From the IMG/VR virus record IMGVR_UViG_2882649382_000014: a stretch of 64,000 nt of DNA; one strand, 5' to 3'. The position numbers and the translations under genes are program-made. The DNA is from an uncultured virus (IMG/VR IMGVR_UViG_2882649382_000014). Taxonomy: Duplodnaviria; Heunggongvirae; Uroviricota; Caudoviricetes. This document shows positions 49,977 to 60,074 of this stretch, one piece after another (position 1 is the stretch's first letter; each line of letters begins with the position of its first letter). A model generated the notes under the pieces. The model did no database searches. It was not told the origin of the DNA and saw nothing but the letters and a program-made list of their open reading frames with translations.

Positions 49977-50566
49977 ATGAATTTAGTAGAAAAGTTAATG
50001 AAAATCGACAGCGGAGAATTTAACAAAAAGAAAACAAAGGAAATGACAAGTAAAATGCTGTCTGAAATCTTGGGAGAAAAAGCAACCGTTACAATACAGA
50101 GCGTCGATCCGCAGGAAATCTTAGAGTTATCCGCAAGCGGATTGGACGACGACGGAAACCCGATTATCACAAAGACGCTTGAAACAAACAGCTTGATTGT
50201 GGCAGCAGCAGTTGTGGATCCGCCGTTAAAGGACGCAGATTTAATGAAACATCTTGGAGTGGCGACACCGGCGCAGGCAGCACTAAAACTTTTCAAAGGA
50301 GAAACAAACACCATTGCAGCGGAAGTTAATAAAATGGCGGGCTTTAACATTGACGCAGACGAGGTAGACAAGGAAGTAAAAAACTAATTGAAACCGATAG
50401 CGAGGTACAGTTTGATTACCTACACTATCGGTTTTTACATTGGAAAATAGGGGAGTACATCAATTTACCCTATGGAAAAAAGCGGATCGCACACGCCTAT
50501 ATGCTGCAATACTTGGAAGATCGCAATGAGGAAATTAACGCAATATTCGGAGGAGAGGAGGGTTAA
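49977..50566 (+). CDS. Tail assembly chaperone (XkdN-like, stop 50387) with a -1 frameshift extension to 50566
   Basis: A-AAA-AAC at 50378-50384 just before the stop; the -1 frame is open to TAA 50564-66, next to the TMP start. Confidence 0.8.
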
Positions 50567-50569
50567 GGC

Positions 50570-53476
50570 ATGGGCAGAGTAATAAGTACCTGCATACAGT
50601 TCATTGACGCGTTTAGTAATCCGTCAAAACAAACGATTGCAAATATGCGGAAAATGGCAAATGAGGCGAAAGCAGCGGGAAAAAGCATACAGAGCGCAGG
50701 AAATACCATACAGAACGCAGGGAAAAGCCTAACCAAGACCGTAACCGCCCCGATTGCAGGAGTAGGAATTGCAGCAGTAAAAACGGCGGCAGACTTTGAG
50801 GCGGGAATGTCAAATGTCGGCGCAATTTTAGGTACTGTATCAAAAGATGATATTCCAGAGGCAATAAAAGCGGCAGAAGAAATGAGCCTATCTTTCAAAA
50901 AAGGTAGCAATGCGACAGAAACCGCAATGAATATACTGAAAGCGCAGGCAAAGGAATTGGGCGCAACAACGGCATGGAGCGCAAAAGAAGTGTCGGAGGC
51001 TATGCAATATACCGGCATGGCGGGTTGGACGGCAGCAGACAATGTAAGAGGCTTAAAAGGTATCTTAGACCTTGCCAGTGCAAGCGGTACAGACCTTGCG
51101 AGAACGTCAGATATTATGACGGACGCAATCAGCGCGTTTGGAGATACGGCGGGAGATAGTGCGCGGTATGCCGACGTAATGACAAAGGCGTGTACGTCTG
51201 CCAATGTATCAGTAGAAACACTGGGAGAAAGTTACAAGTATTGCGCTGCTATATGCGGCACAATGAATTATTCCGTTGAGGAAATAACAACGTCGTTAGC
51301 GGCAATGGGAAATATGGGCATTAAAGGCAGCCAAGCAGGAACGACGCTAAAAAATGCTATATCGAATATGGCAGCCCCAACAAAAAATATGAAAGCGGCT
51401 ATGGACGATTTGAAAATAAGCATTACAAATCAAGATGGCAGCATGAAATCATGGGGCGACGTTATTAAAAATCTGCAAACCTCATTCAAAGGATTAACGC
51501 AGGATCAGCAGGCGGCATACGCAAAACAGCTTTTCGGAAAAGAGAGCATGGCGGGTATGCTTGCCATTATCAATACATCAACAAAAGACTATAATGCACT
51601 ATCAGACGCAATAAAGAACAGCGGAGGAGCAGCAAACGAGGCAGCGCAAACACAGCTTGATAACTTAAACGGTCAATTAACCCTCTTAAAGTCTGCATTA
51701 GAGGGCGCAGCAATCACGATAGGGGACAAACTGACACCATACGTCAAAACGGCGGTAGGTTGGGTGCAAAAGGCTACAGACTGGTTTAACAGTCTATCAG
51801 ACGCACAAGTAACCTCAATAATGAAATGGGCAGGGATAGCCGCAGCCATTGGACCGTGTATATTGATTTTTGGAAAGATAGTAACCGGAGTAGGCGCAGC
51901 AGTAAGTATTTTTGGAAGAATAAGCGGAGCGATAGCAAAAGCGGGTTCAGTTATGGCACTAATCACAAGCCCGGCGGGTATTGTAATAGGTGTATTAGCA
52001 GCTATCGCAGTAGCAGCCGTGTTGGTTGTTAAGAATTGGGATAAGATAAAGCCGGTTATTATGAATGTGAAAGCATGGTTTGTTGACACATTCGGAGGAA
52101 CAATTAAGCAGGCAATCAACGGATTTAAGACGGTATTCACGGCTGCAATGAACGGCGTCAAAGCAATTATGCCGAGCGTGGGGCAGTTTATTAAAAACGG
52201 AATTGCCGCAGCAATGCCCGCAGTGCAGGCTATTGTATCGGCACTAAAAACTATGCTGCCCGCAGCCGTCGGAACGATAAAAACAGTTATTCAAGCAGTT
52301 ATACCGATCATACAGACAATCATTGCGACGCTAGCAAAAATATTGCCAAAAGCAATAGAAACCGTAAAAGCAGTAATAAAGTCAATTACACCAGTAATTC
52401 AGACGGTTATAGGGGTTGTAGTGAAAGTTGCGCCTATTATAGCGTCTACATTCGTGAGCGTACTACAAAAACTCAATCCGGTTATTAAAACAATAGGAAA
52501 TGCAATAAAAGCAGTAATACCGATTATCGGTAAGCTATTTTCTAATGCGTTTACTTTTGTAGGAAAGACAATTACAAAAGTAATGCCGAGCATAAACAAA
52601 ATTGCAAAGACAATAGGCAGCGTACTTGTGTTTGCAATACGAAAAGTTTCGCCAGTTGTTACAAAATTGGCGGGGACATTCTCAACTGTATTTGCAAAAG
52701 TGTTTAGCGTCGTAAGCGGCGCAGTAAAGAAATTACAGCCAGTATTTAATGTGATAGGAACTATCGTAAAAACGGTAATGAATGTTGTAGGAAAAGTAAT
52801 TAGTACAACATTTAGCACAGCGGCTAACGTAATATCATCAGCAGCAGGGAGCATTAAACAGATCATAGGCGGCGTGATAAAGGTATTTGACGGAGTTATA
52901 GACTTTGTAGGCGGCGTATTTACTGGAAATTGGAGCAAGGCTTGGGAGGGCGTTAAAAACATATTCGGAGGCGCATTTGAGGCATTAGGCGGCTTGTGCA
53001 AGGTTCCAATCAATGCAGTTATTGGACTAATCAACAGTGCGATCAATGGAATTAACAGTATTTCCGTAGATATTCCAGAGGGGATCCCGCTTGTCGGAGG
53101 CAAGCATATAGGTTTTAGCATACCGACAATACCGACACTTGCAAAAGGTACGCCAGACTGGAAAGGTGGCATTGTTCAGATCAGCGAAAAAGGCGGCGAA
53201 ATTGTAGACTTGCCGAAAGGTTCAAGGGTTTACCCTCACGATCAGAGCGTACAAATGGCGCGAAAATCGGCAAATGGAAAGTTGGCGGCGGCAGATCGGA
53301 GAGTAGCCAACTTAGAGAAATCCGCAGCCGACAAGAAAGGAAAAGGCGATATTACAATAACCATTCCGAAACTTGCAGAGCAGATTATAGTAAAAGACAC
53401 AAAGGACATTGACAAAATAGCGGAGGAAATAGCAACAAAACTAAGAGATACCGCAATAAATATGGGGGTAGCATAA
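50570..53476 (+). CDS. Tape measure protein (TP901-type core)
   Basis: AADFEAGMS, GIKGSQAGT, LDNLNGQL, amphipathic repeats, GNWSKAWEG. Confidence 0.95.
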   Translation: MGRVISTCIQFIDAFSNPSKQTIANMRKMANEAKAAGKSIQSAGNTIQNAGKSLTKTVTAPIAGVGIAAVKTAADFEAGMSNVGAILGTVSKDDIPEAIKAAEEMSLSFKKGSNATETAMNILKAQAKELGATTAWSAKEVSEAMQYTGMAGWTAADNVRGLKGILDLASASGTDLARTSDIMTDAISAFGDTAGDSARYADVMTKACTSANVSVETLGESYKYCAAICGTMNYSVEEITTSLAAMGNMGIKGSQAGTTLKNAISNMAAPTKNMKAAMDDLKISITNQDGSMKSWGDVIKNLQTSFKGLTQDQQAAYAKQLFGKESMAGMLAIINTSTKDYNALSDAIKNSGGAANEAAQTQLDNLNGQLTLLKSALEGAAITIGDKLTPYVKTAVGWVQKATDWFNSLSDAQVTSIMKWAGIAAAIGPCILIFGKIVTGVGAAVSIFGRISGAIAKAGSVMALITSPAGIVIGVLAAIAVAAVLVVKNWDKIKPVIMNVKAWFVDTFGGTIKQAINGFKTVFTAAMNGVKAIMPSVGQFIKNGIAAAMPAVQAIVSALKTMLPAAVGTIKTVIQAVIPIIQTIIATLAKILPKAIETVKAVIKSITPVIQTVIGVVVKVAPIIASTFVSVLQKLNPVIKTIGNAIKAVIPIIGKLFSNAFTFVGKTITKVMPSINKIAKTIGSVLVFAIRKVSPVVTKLAGTFSTVFAKVFSVVSGAVKKLQPVFNVIGTIVKTVMNVVGKVISTTFSTAANVISSAAGSIKQIIGGVIKVFDGVIDFVGGVFTGNWSKAWEGVKNIFGGAFEALGGLCKVPINAVIGLINSAINGINSISVDIPEGIPLVGGKHIGFSIPTIPTLAKGTPDWKGGIVQISEKGGEIVDLPKGSRVYPHDQSVQMARKSANGKLAAADRRVANLEKSAADKKGKGDITITIPKLAEQIIVKDTKDIDKIAEEIATKLRDTAINMGVA

Positions 53477-54048
53477 TGGAAATTTGGTTAAAGCAGGGAA
53501 AGAAACAATTAAGGCTGCCTATATTACCGCAGGAGGTAGGAGAGAGCGGCGAGCAGGATAACAAAACAGAGATTGTAAATGCCTTGGGAGAGGTAAACTT
53601 ATTAGGCTTGCCAAAACTGGAAACAGTGCCTTTGGAGGCGCATTTTCCAGAAAAGCCCATGTATTACGACCAATACAGCGGCTACCCAAGTCCTAAAAAG
53701 TGCGTAAAGTTAGTAAAAAAAATGAAAAAGAACGGCGTGATTAGATTTGTAGTCACGCCGTTAATCAATTATGAGGCAACCATAGAACAATTTGAATGGA
53801 AGTATGTTGACGGCACCGGGGATATTCACTATACAATGCAAATAAAGAGGTATAGACGACCGGTTAAAAAGCGCAGCACAAAGAAAGCAAAAAAGGTTAC
53901 TGTTACAGTAAAGAAAGGCGACACATGGGCAAAATTAGCCAAAAAGTACACAGGTTCAAGCAAGAACGCCAAAAAGATTGCAAAACAAAACAAAATGGCT
54001 AATAAGAAAAAGCCCCCGGTTGGAAAAAAGGTAACAATAAAACCATGA
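53476..54048 (+). CDS. LysM-domain tail protein (XkdP-like)
   Basis: TVKKGDTWAKLAKKY. Confidence 0.85.
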   Translation: MEIWLKQGKKQLRLPILPQEVGESGEQDNKTEIVNALGEVNLLGLPKLETVPLEAHFPEKPMYYDQYSGYPSPKKCVKLVKKMKKNGVIRFVVTPLINYEATIEQFEWKYVDGTGDIHYTMQIKRYRRPVKKRSTKKAKKVTVTVKKGDTWAKLAKKYTGSSKNAKKIAKQNKMANKKKPPVGKKVTIKP

Positions 54049-55022
54049 TTATAAAATGGACGAAGAAAAGCAATAAAAAAACCTACAACATAACAAAAGC
54101 AGTAGGTACAGTTACTTGGAGCGGATCCGTAGAGCAGGCGGCGAGGCAGGCAAGCATAACTGTATTAAACGCGCCGAACGATCCGAACATAAAGAAATTA
54201 AAATTAAATTTGGCGGTTGGCGACGTGATCGCACTTTATGAGGACGGAAAAAATATTTTTTATGGAGAAATACAGACAAGCGAAAAAAAGGGGGAGATAG
54301 GGACAGTTACATATAATGCAACAGACTTATTGGGGCACCTTTTAAGGATCATGCACAAAGGAAAATACAAGAAAAAAACAGCAGAGCGGATAACTCAATT
54401 AGTGTGTAAAAAATACGGAATACAGACCGGAACCATTGTAAAGACAAAAAAAGCCATAAACAAGATTATCATAGACGGCAGCAGCATTTACGATACAATT
54501 ATGATTGCATATACAAAGGCAGCGAAAAGCACAGGAAAAAAATATATGTGCTACATGAAAGGAAAGAAATTTTGCACAAAGGTAAAAGGTACAGTGGTAA
54601 GCGGCTATTCACTGGACGAAAAGAAAAATATTGTTTCGTCCTCATACGAGGAAACTATAGAAAACATGGTAGATCAAGTTAGGATATACAATGACAAGGG
54701 TAAACAGATAGGAGTAGTAAAAAATGCAGGGCACCTAAAACGCTATGGGCTTTACCAAGAAATATACACAAAAGAAAAGGGAGTGAACGCCAAAAAAGCC
54801 GCTAAGAATATGCTTGCGGGAGTAGAGAAAAAAGTAAATGCAGAAATCATAAACGGAAACATCAAATGCACCGCCGGATCCGGCGTAAAAGTGCATGATA
54901 AGGCTACCGGGCTAGACGGTTTATTTTGGATTGACAGCGATACACACACATGGGAGGGAGGAAAACACACTATGAGTTTGGAATTGAATTTTAAGAATAT
55001 TATGGATAAGAAAACAACGTAG
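54045..55022 (+). CDS. Baseplate hub protein (XkdQ-like)
   Basis: TWSGS..QAAR; FWIDSDTHTW..HTMSLEL. Confidence 0.85.
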   Translation: MIIKWTKKSNKKTYNITKAVGTVTWSGSVEQAARQASITVLNAPNDPNIKKLKLNLAVGDVIALYEDGKNIFYGEIQTSEKKGEIGTVTYNATDLLGHLLRIMHKGKYKKKTAERITQLVCKKYGIQTGTIVKTKKAINKIIIDGSSIYDTIMIAYTKAAKSTGKKYMCYMKGKKFCTKVKGTVVSGYSLDEKKNIVSSSYEETIENMVDQVRIYNDKGKQIGVVKNAGHLKRYGLYQEIYTKEKGVNAKKAAKNMLAGVEKKVNAEIINGNIKCTAGSGVKVHDKATGLDGLFWIDSDTHTWEGGKHTMSLELNFKNIMDKKTT

Positions 55023-55033
55023 GAGGCGATAAA

Positions 55034-55279
55034 ATGAACGGTTACGAACAGATCATAAAACTAATGAGGCAGCAGGGGGAAGTTAATAACTTGCCAGTAC
55101 CGAGGCTTGCGGAAATGACAGCACCGGCAGAGTGCGACATTGGAGATCTGATTTTAGACAGCGACGATCTTTTAGTAGCCGATCACTTAAAGGGAGAATT
55201 AAAAAAAGGCGATACGGTTTTAGTGCAGCGTGTCAATGATGAAACCTACGCAATTATAGAAAGGTTGGTGGAGTTATGA
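55034..55279 (+). CDS. XkdR/DUF2577-like protein
   Basis: Gene order; LKKGDTVLV. Confidence 0.75.
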   Translation: MNGYEQIIKLMRQQGEVNNLPVPRLAEMTAPAECDIGDLILDSDDLLVADHLKGELKKGDTVLVQRVNDETYAIIERLVEL

Positions 55280-55704
55280 GCCTTTTTCCGGCATACATTG
55301 AGGACGACGAAGTATTAGAGGATTTGGAGGAGGAATTAGAAACACCAAGAGAATTTGGAATAGATTTTACAACAGGACAATTAACCGGGGAAATTGTAGA
55401 GGGTATAGAGGCAATCAAGGTATGGTGTTATTTGGCATTAAGGGTAGCACGATACCATTTTTTTATTTGTAGTTGGGACTATGGCAGCGAAATAGAAGAT
55501 TTATACGGTCAAGGGTTCAGCGCAGAACATATAGAGAGCGAGGCGGCAAGAATGATAGAGGAGTGCTTGCTTGAAAACGATTATATAGAGGCGGTGGACG
55601 TTTCGGACGCAAAATATCAGAATGGGCGTTTTAGTGCCACGGTAACAATAGAAACAATTTACGGAGATAGCGATAGCGACACATACGAAACGGAGGTAGC
55701 GTAA
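55276..55704 (+). CDS. XkdS/DUF2634-like baseplate protein
   Basis: EAIKVW, SWDYGSE, ETIYG. Confidence 0.85.
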   Translation: MSLFPAYIEDDEVLEDLEEELETPREFGIDFTTGQLTGEIVEGIEAIKVWCYLALRVARYHFFICSWDYGSEIEDLYGQGFSAEHIESEAARMIEECLLENDYIEAVDVSDAKYQNGRFSATVTIETIYGDSDSDTYETEVA

Positions 55705-56778
55705 ATGTACGATAACAAAGATTACGACACTATATTAGGGGATATGTGCGCGAGAGTAAACGGCAGCATAAACACCGGAGAGGGAACACTTGTAAATTTC
55801 GCATTAGCACCCGCAGCGGCAGAGTTAGAGGAGGCATATAACAATCTGGAAGTAGCAGACTTAAACGGAAGTGCCCTAACTTGCGACAGAGAGCATTTAA
55901 TTATCTTTGGAAACGAAAATAATATACCAATCAAGACCGCCACAAATGCTAAATGGCTTGCAGAATTTAATGTAGATTTTGAAGTGGGGGAACGCTTTGA
56001 GGCGGGAGAATTAACATATATCAGCATAGAAAAGGTGGCAGAGAAAAAATATTATCTGGAATGTGAAACAGCGGGCACAGAGGGAAACACGAAACCGGAC
56101 GACGAGTTATTACCAATAGAATTTATTGACGACTACGAAACCGGCGATTTGATAGAACTTGTAGAGGAGGCAACGGACGACGAGGAAACAGAAGTATATA
56201 GGGAAAGATACCTTGCAGAGAGAAAGCAAGAATACACCATGAGCGGAAACAGGGCAGACTACAAGAAATTCATTAAAGAGTTGATCGGAGTAGGAGGAGT
56301 AAAGCAAGAAAGGGTAAAAAAAGAGCATAAACGCATAAACACCTATATAATATCGTCCTTGTGGGGAAAACCGAGCGACGATATTATAGCACAGGTGCAG
56401 CAGGCGGTAGATCCGAAAGACAATCAAGGGGACGGAGAGGGGAAAGCCCCTTTTTGGCACGTTGTAGACGTTTACCCGGTGGAAACAGAGGAAATAAACA
56501 TAAGCGCAAAATTTGAATTATCACCGGGGGCGAATTTTGAAACAGTGCTACCGAGTATAGAGGAGGCAATAAGTAGATATTTTACCGAACTTAACAAAAC
56601 ATGGGAGGACACAGGAAAAAACGGATTGATTGTAAGGGCGTTAAAGGTGGCAGAGGCTATGGCGAGTGTGGAGAATGTAATTGATATTCAAGATTTGTTG
56701 CTAAACAGTTCAGAGGACAATATAACGCTACACAGAAACACAATACCGGTCAAGGGGGCGATAGCAAATGTTGATTGA
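55705..56778 (+). CDS. Baseplate J-like protein (XkdT)
   Basis: CETAGTEGN, EETEVYRER, GNRADY, GEGKAP. Confidence 0.9.
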   Translation: MYDNKDYDTILGDMCARVNGSINTGEGTLVNFALAPAAAELEEAYNNLEVADLNGSALTCDREHLIIFGNENNIPIKTATNAKWLAEFNVDFEVGERFEAGELTYISIEKVAEKKYYLECETAGTEGNTKPDDELLPIEFIDDYETGDLIELVEEATDDEETEVYRERYLAERKQEYTMSGNRADYKKFIKELIGVGGVKQERVKKEHKRINTYIISSLWGKPSDDIIAQVQQAVDPKDNQGDGEGKAPFWHVVDVYPVETEEINISAKFELSPGANFETVLPSIEEAISRYFTELNKTWEDTGKNGLIVRALKVAEAMASVENVIDIQDLLLNSSEDNITLHRNTIPVKGAIANVD

Positions 56779-57733
56779 TTATTACCCAAGAGTAGTAGGA
56801 CAAATCCGGGAAATGAAAGAAATATGCAAAGCAGAGCAGCCGGAATTTGACAATATAAATAAAGAGGTAGATCGGTTATTAGCGAATATGTTTATCACTA
56901 CATCAGATGAACACGGAATAGCGAGATTTGAGGAGGAACTAGGGATAGTACCAACACCGGAACAAAGCATAGAGGAACGCCGCATAGTGGTACTAATAAG
57001 AGTTGCAAAGAAAAATCTTAGCTTTAAGGATATTTTAAATCTGATACAAAACTATTCGAGTGAGATTGATTTAGCACCAGATTACGACAATGACGAATTG
57101 AGCGTTATTGTTGGCGACGCAGTGAATAATGTAGGGACAATATATAAAACTCTGGACGGAATTTTAGGATTAAACATCTATATATATTTTGCGTATGAGG
57201 CTACGGCATTTCTTGAAATGATAGAAACGCCAAAAGCACTTGACTTGGAAACAACAGTTAATTGGTGGGGAAACCGAAAAGACGCATGGTACTTAGACGG
57301 TTCTGTAAAGTTAGATGGCAGCAGGCTATTAAATGCGGCAATATGGCGGCAGAATATAGCATTAGAATTAGAAACGAAAGCGAAAACGGCAGAGCAGTTT
57401 AAGTTAGAGGCTATAGAAAATGAAATAACGACATTTCTTGAAATGAAAGAAACGAAAGGGGAAACGGAGTTAGAAACAACTGTTAATTGGTGGTTGAGCA
57501 ATCCTAAAATATGGTGCTTAAATGGTTCCGTAAAATTGGACGGTAGCAAAAAACTTGACGCCGTTTTGTGGGAACAAACAGCGGCGGTAGAGTTGGAAAC
57601 GTCAGTAAAAACGACGGAAACTTTTGAGGATATAACCGTAACAATGCGGCGGGATTTATGGTATTTGGACGGTTCCGCGAAATTGGACGGTAGCAAAAAA
57701 CTTGACGCAAAGGAAATAAAGGAGGAAATTTAG
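56768..57733 (+). CDS. XkdU/DUF2313-like baseplate protein with three C-terminal repeats
   Basis: GIARFEEELGI...EERR; W(Y/C)L(D/N)GS(V/A)KLDGS occurs three times. Confidence 0.8.
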   Translation: MLIDYYPRVVGQIREMKEICKAEQPEFDNINKEVDRLLANMFITTSDEHGIARFEEELGIVPTPEQSIEERRIVVLIRVAKKNLSFKDILNLIQNYSSEIDLAPDYDNDELSVIVGDAVNNVGTIYKTLDGILGLNIYIYFAYEATAFLEMIETPKALDLETTVNWWGNRKDAWYLDGSVKLDGSRLLNAAIWRQNIALELETKAKTAEQFKLEAIENEITTFLEMKETKGETELETTVNWWLSNPKIWCLNGSVKLDGSKKLDAVLWEQTAAVELETSVKTTETFEDITVTMRRDLWYLDGSAKLDGSKKLDAKEIKEEI

Positions 57734-57736
57734 AAA

Positions 57737-58120
57737 ATGGCAACAAAAGCAATCACAACAACGATAGCAAAAAAGAAAATGCTACTTGCGAGAGCCGGGC
57801 AGCAGGAGTTACCGCAAATTACGAAAATGGCTTTTGGAATTGGCGGCGTTAATGTCGCCGGGGAAGTATTAGAACCAAGTGAGGGGCAGCAGGAGTTAGG
57901 AGAGGAGGTTTACAGAAAAGATATTGATAAATTTGAAATTATAAGCGACACACAAATTAAATACTACTGTACGTTAGATGAAAACGAATTAGTAGACAAG
58001 GATATTAGCGAAATTGCGCTTGTAGACGCCGACGGAGATTTAGTTACTATCAAAAACTTTAAGGCAAAAGGAAAAGATAGCGATTTCGAGATGACATTCA
58101 AGATCAACGATACCATGTAA
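57737..58120 (+). CDS. Tail collar/fibre attachment protein
   Basis: ITKMAFG, ISEIALVDADGDLV. Confidence 0.7.
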   Translation: MATKAITTTIAKKKMLLARAGQQELPQITKMAFGIGGVNVAGEVLEPSEGQQELGEEVYRKDIDKFEIISDTQIKYYCTLDENELVDKDISEIALVDADGDLVTIKNFKAKGKDSDFEMTFKINDTM

Positions 58121-58134
58121 GGAGGGCATAAGAA

Positions 58135-59073
58135 ATGGCAAAATTACCACTTGCGGATAATCCAGTATTTAATTTAGTCATGGAGGCTATGACAAAGGAC
58201 ACGCCGGGATCATACGAAGAATTTAACCCGCGATATATTCAACTTTTGGAAAATTTGTTATATCTGAAGAACAGTAAATTTGACGCGGAAAAGATCGTAG
58301 AAAGCCTAAATATTACAGAAAATGGCTACATACCAGACGGAGTTGTAATTGCCGAGGCAATACAAGATTTACGAGATCGAACCGGGGCGGGGTATGACGG
58401 AGTTAATTTGAATATGACTTTTGCGCAGCTTAAAGCAAAAGTGGCAGCAGGGGATTTTAGCGGGCTACATTTGTATGATTATATCGACTTTTCGACAACG
58501 AGCGGCGAGGCGGTACGCGCAGAGATTATGGGATTTAACACCATGCTTTATTTTGGCGATACGGCAATAATGAAACCTCATGTTTTAATGCAAACAAGGG
58601 ATTGTTTGGCTACAACTTATTCTTACAACGATAATCCAGACAATACCGGCGGCTTTAATGCGTCAAAATTAAAAACGAGTTTAGAAACTATCCTAACGAC
58701 ATTCCCGGCAGACTTAAAAAACGCAATATTGGAGTGTAGACGCTTGGAAAGTACAAAGGGTGGTTGGAGTTGGTACGGCAGAAAATTATTTTTGCCTACC
58801 GAGGTAGAAGTATTTGGAAATGTAGCGTGGAGTGAGGCGGGGCACGGTTCCGGCGGCAGCAAACAATGGGAGGGCTACCAGAGATCCTATAAACACGTTA
58901 TTAAAGGGCTTGGAAAAGGAAAAGCAGACAGCGGATCGCGTTACTACTGGTGGCTTTCGTCGCCGTCCGCGTCGCACGCTACCTACTTTTGCTATGTCAT
59001 CAACAGCGGCTACGCCAGCTACGACGACGCGCGCAGCGGCTATGGCGTAGCCCCGGCTTTCCTTATCGGTTAA
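58135..59073 (+). CDS. DGR target: tail/receptor-binding protein with C-type-lectin-fold C-terminus
   Basis: Last gene of the tail module; 3' end matches the TR. Confidence 0.9.
   Translation: MAKLPLADNPVFNLVMEAMTKDTPGSYEEFNPRYIQLLENLLYLKNSKFDAEKIVESLNITENGYIPDGVVIAEAIQDLRDRTGAGYDGVNLNMTFAQLKAKVAAGDFSGLHLYDYIDFSTTSGEAVRAEIMGFNTMLYFGDTAIMKPHVLMQTRDCLATTYSYNDNPDNTGGFNASKLKTSLETILTTFPADLKNAILECRRLESTKGGWSWYGRKLFLPTEVEVFGNVAWSEAGHGSGGSKQWEGYQRSYKHVIKGLGKGKADSGSRYYWWLSSPSASHATYFCYVINSGYASYDDARSGYGVAPAFLIG
58932..59061 (+). repeat. DGR variable region VR1
   Basis: 130 nt colinear with the TR; 15 mismatches, all at TR adenines. Confidence 0.97.
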
Positions 59074-59083
59074 TCTTTAGATC

Positions 59084-59102
59084 CCGCCCCTTTATGGGGC
59101 GG
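59084..59102 (+). promoter_or_regulatory. GC-rich hairpin downstream of VR1 (candidate retrohoming cruciform)
   Basis: CCGCCCC-TTTAT-GGGGCGG. Confidence 0.7.
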
Positions 59103-59120
59103 CAGGGAGGAATAAAGAAA

Positions 59121-59714
59121 ATGGCAGTATTGAAGAATGAGCGGGGAATTTCCGAAATGGAGGCATATAACACAGCGGCAAAACTTAGGGCAGAATTAAC
59201 CAGAATTTTGTTGCGGAATTTTGGGATTAAGACGACCAAAGGGAAATATTTAGGAAGTTTTACCGAGGAGGAAATAAAGAAAATCACAGAGGAAAACCCG
59301 CGAATAGGTAAGTTTATACGCAGGGCGTACAAGTTGGAGGAGGAATTAGAAACACATGAAATTTTAAGAGAGTACCCGGCATGGGTTACGGAAATGTTAC
59401 GAGAAAAAGTAATTACAACATTAAACAATCTTGTAGACCATGTAGTAAGAGCAAACGGTTATCCGGTAAATTTTCACGAGTTGGAAATAAGGAGGGACTA
59501 CCAGAACGCAGCAATAAAAGACTGTGAAATATTACTACAAGATTTACAATACGCTATGCAAATCCTACCAATAGACGTAAACAAACTATTACCCTATGTG
59601 GATAAGGTAGAGTTTGAAATTGCAGTATTAAAAGGTTGGAGAAAAGCAAATGGGAAAATAGCAAAGAGGATTAGGAAACAGGAGGCGAGCAAACAAAAAG
59701 CAGAGGGAAAATAA
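59121..59714 (+). CDS. avd: DGR accessory variability determinant (Avd-like four-helix protein)
   Basis: Lies between VR and TR; RANG...RRDYQNAAI...LKGWRK. Confidence 0.85.
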   Translation: MAVLKNERGISEMEAYNTAAKLRAELTRILLRNFGIKTTKGKYLGSFTEEEIKKITEENPRIGKFIRRAYKLEEELETHEILREYPAWVTEMLREKVITTLNNLVDHVVRANGYPVNFHELEIRRDYQNAAIKDCEILLQDLQYAMQILPIDVNKLLPYVDKVEFEIAVLKGWRKANGKIAKRIRKQEASKQKAEGK

Positions 59715-59735
59715 TACTATGGGTTATTTACTGTA

Positions 59736-59867
59736 CGGATCGCGTTACAACTGGTGGCTTTCGTCGCCGTCCGCGTCGAACACTACCAACTTTTGCAATG
59801 TCAACAACAACGGCAACGCCAACAACAACGACGCGCGCAACAGCAATGGCGTAGCCCCGGATTTCGT
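59736..59867 (+). ncRNA. DGR template repeat (TR)
   Basis: AAC-rich master copy of VR1 and VR2, between avd and the RT gene. Confidence 0.97.
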
Positions 59868-60074
59868 CAGAGTAATTAAAAGGTTTGTGAACCGCTTTAC
59901 TCACAGAGGAAAGGAGTAGATAACCCACCCGGCAAGGGTAAATAGTCACTTTGATACAATCGGGTGGACGCTACTTGCATGGTAAGCCGCAGACGTGCGC
60001 GGCTTATTTCATACCCGGTATTGTCACGCAGTTAGTAGGTACGTCAAAATTTTACTGTACGGAGTGAATTTATA

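Noticed and set aside
33077..53172. Long antisense ORFs (e.g. 33077..33859, 44590..45168, 52399..53172)
   Set aside because: Shadows of well-supported plus-strand genes, caused by codon bias
59719..59919. 66-aa Asn-rich ORF
   Set aside because: It is the DGR template repeat read in the VR frame; there is no convincing RBS and it most likely functions as RNA
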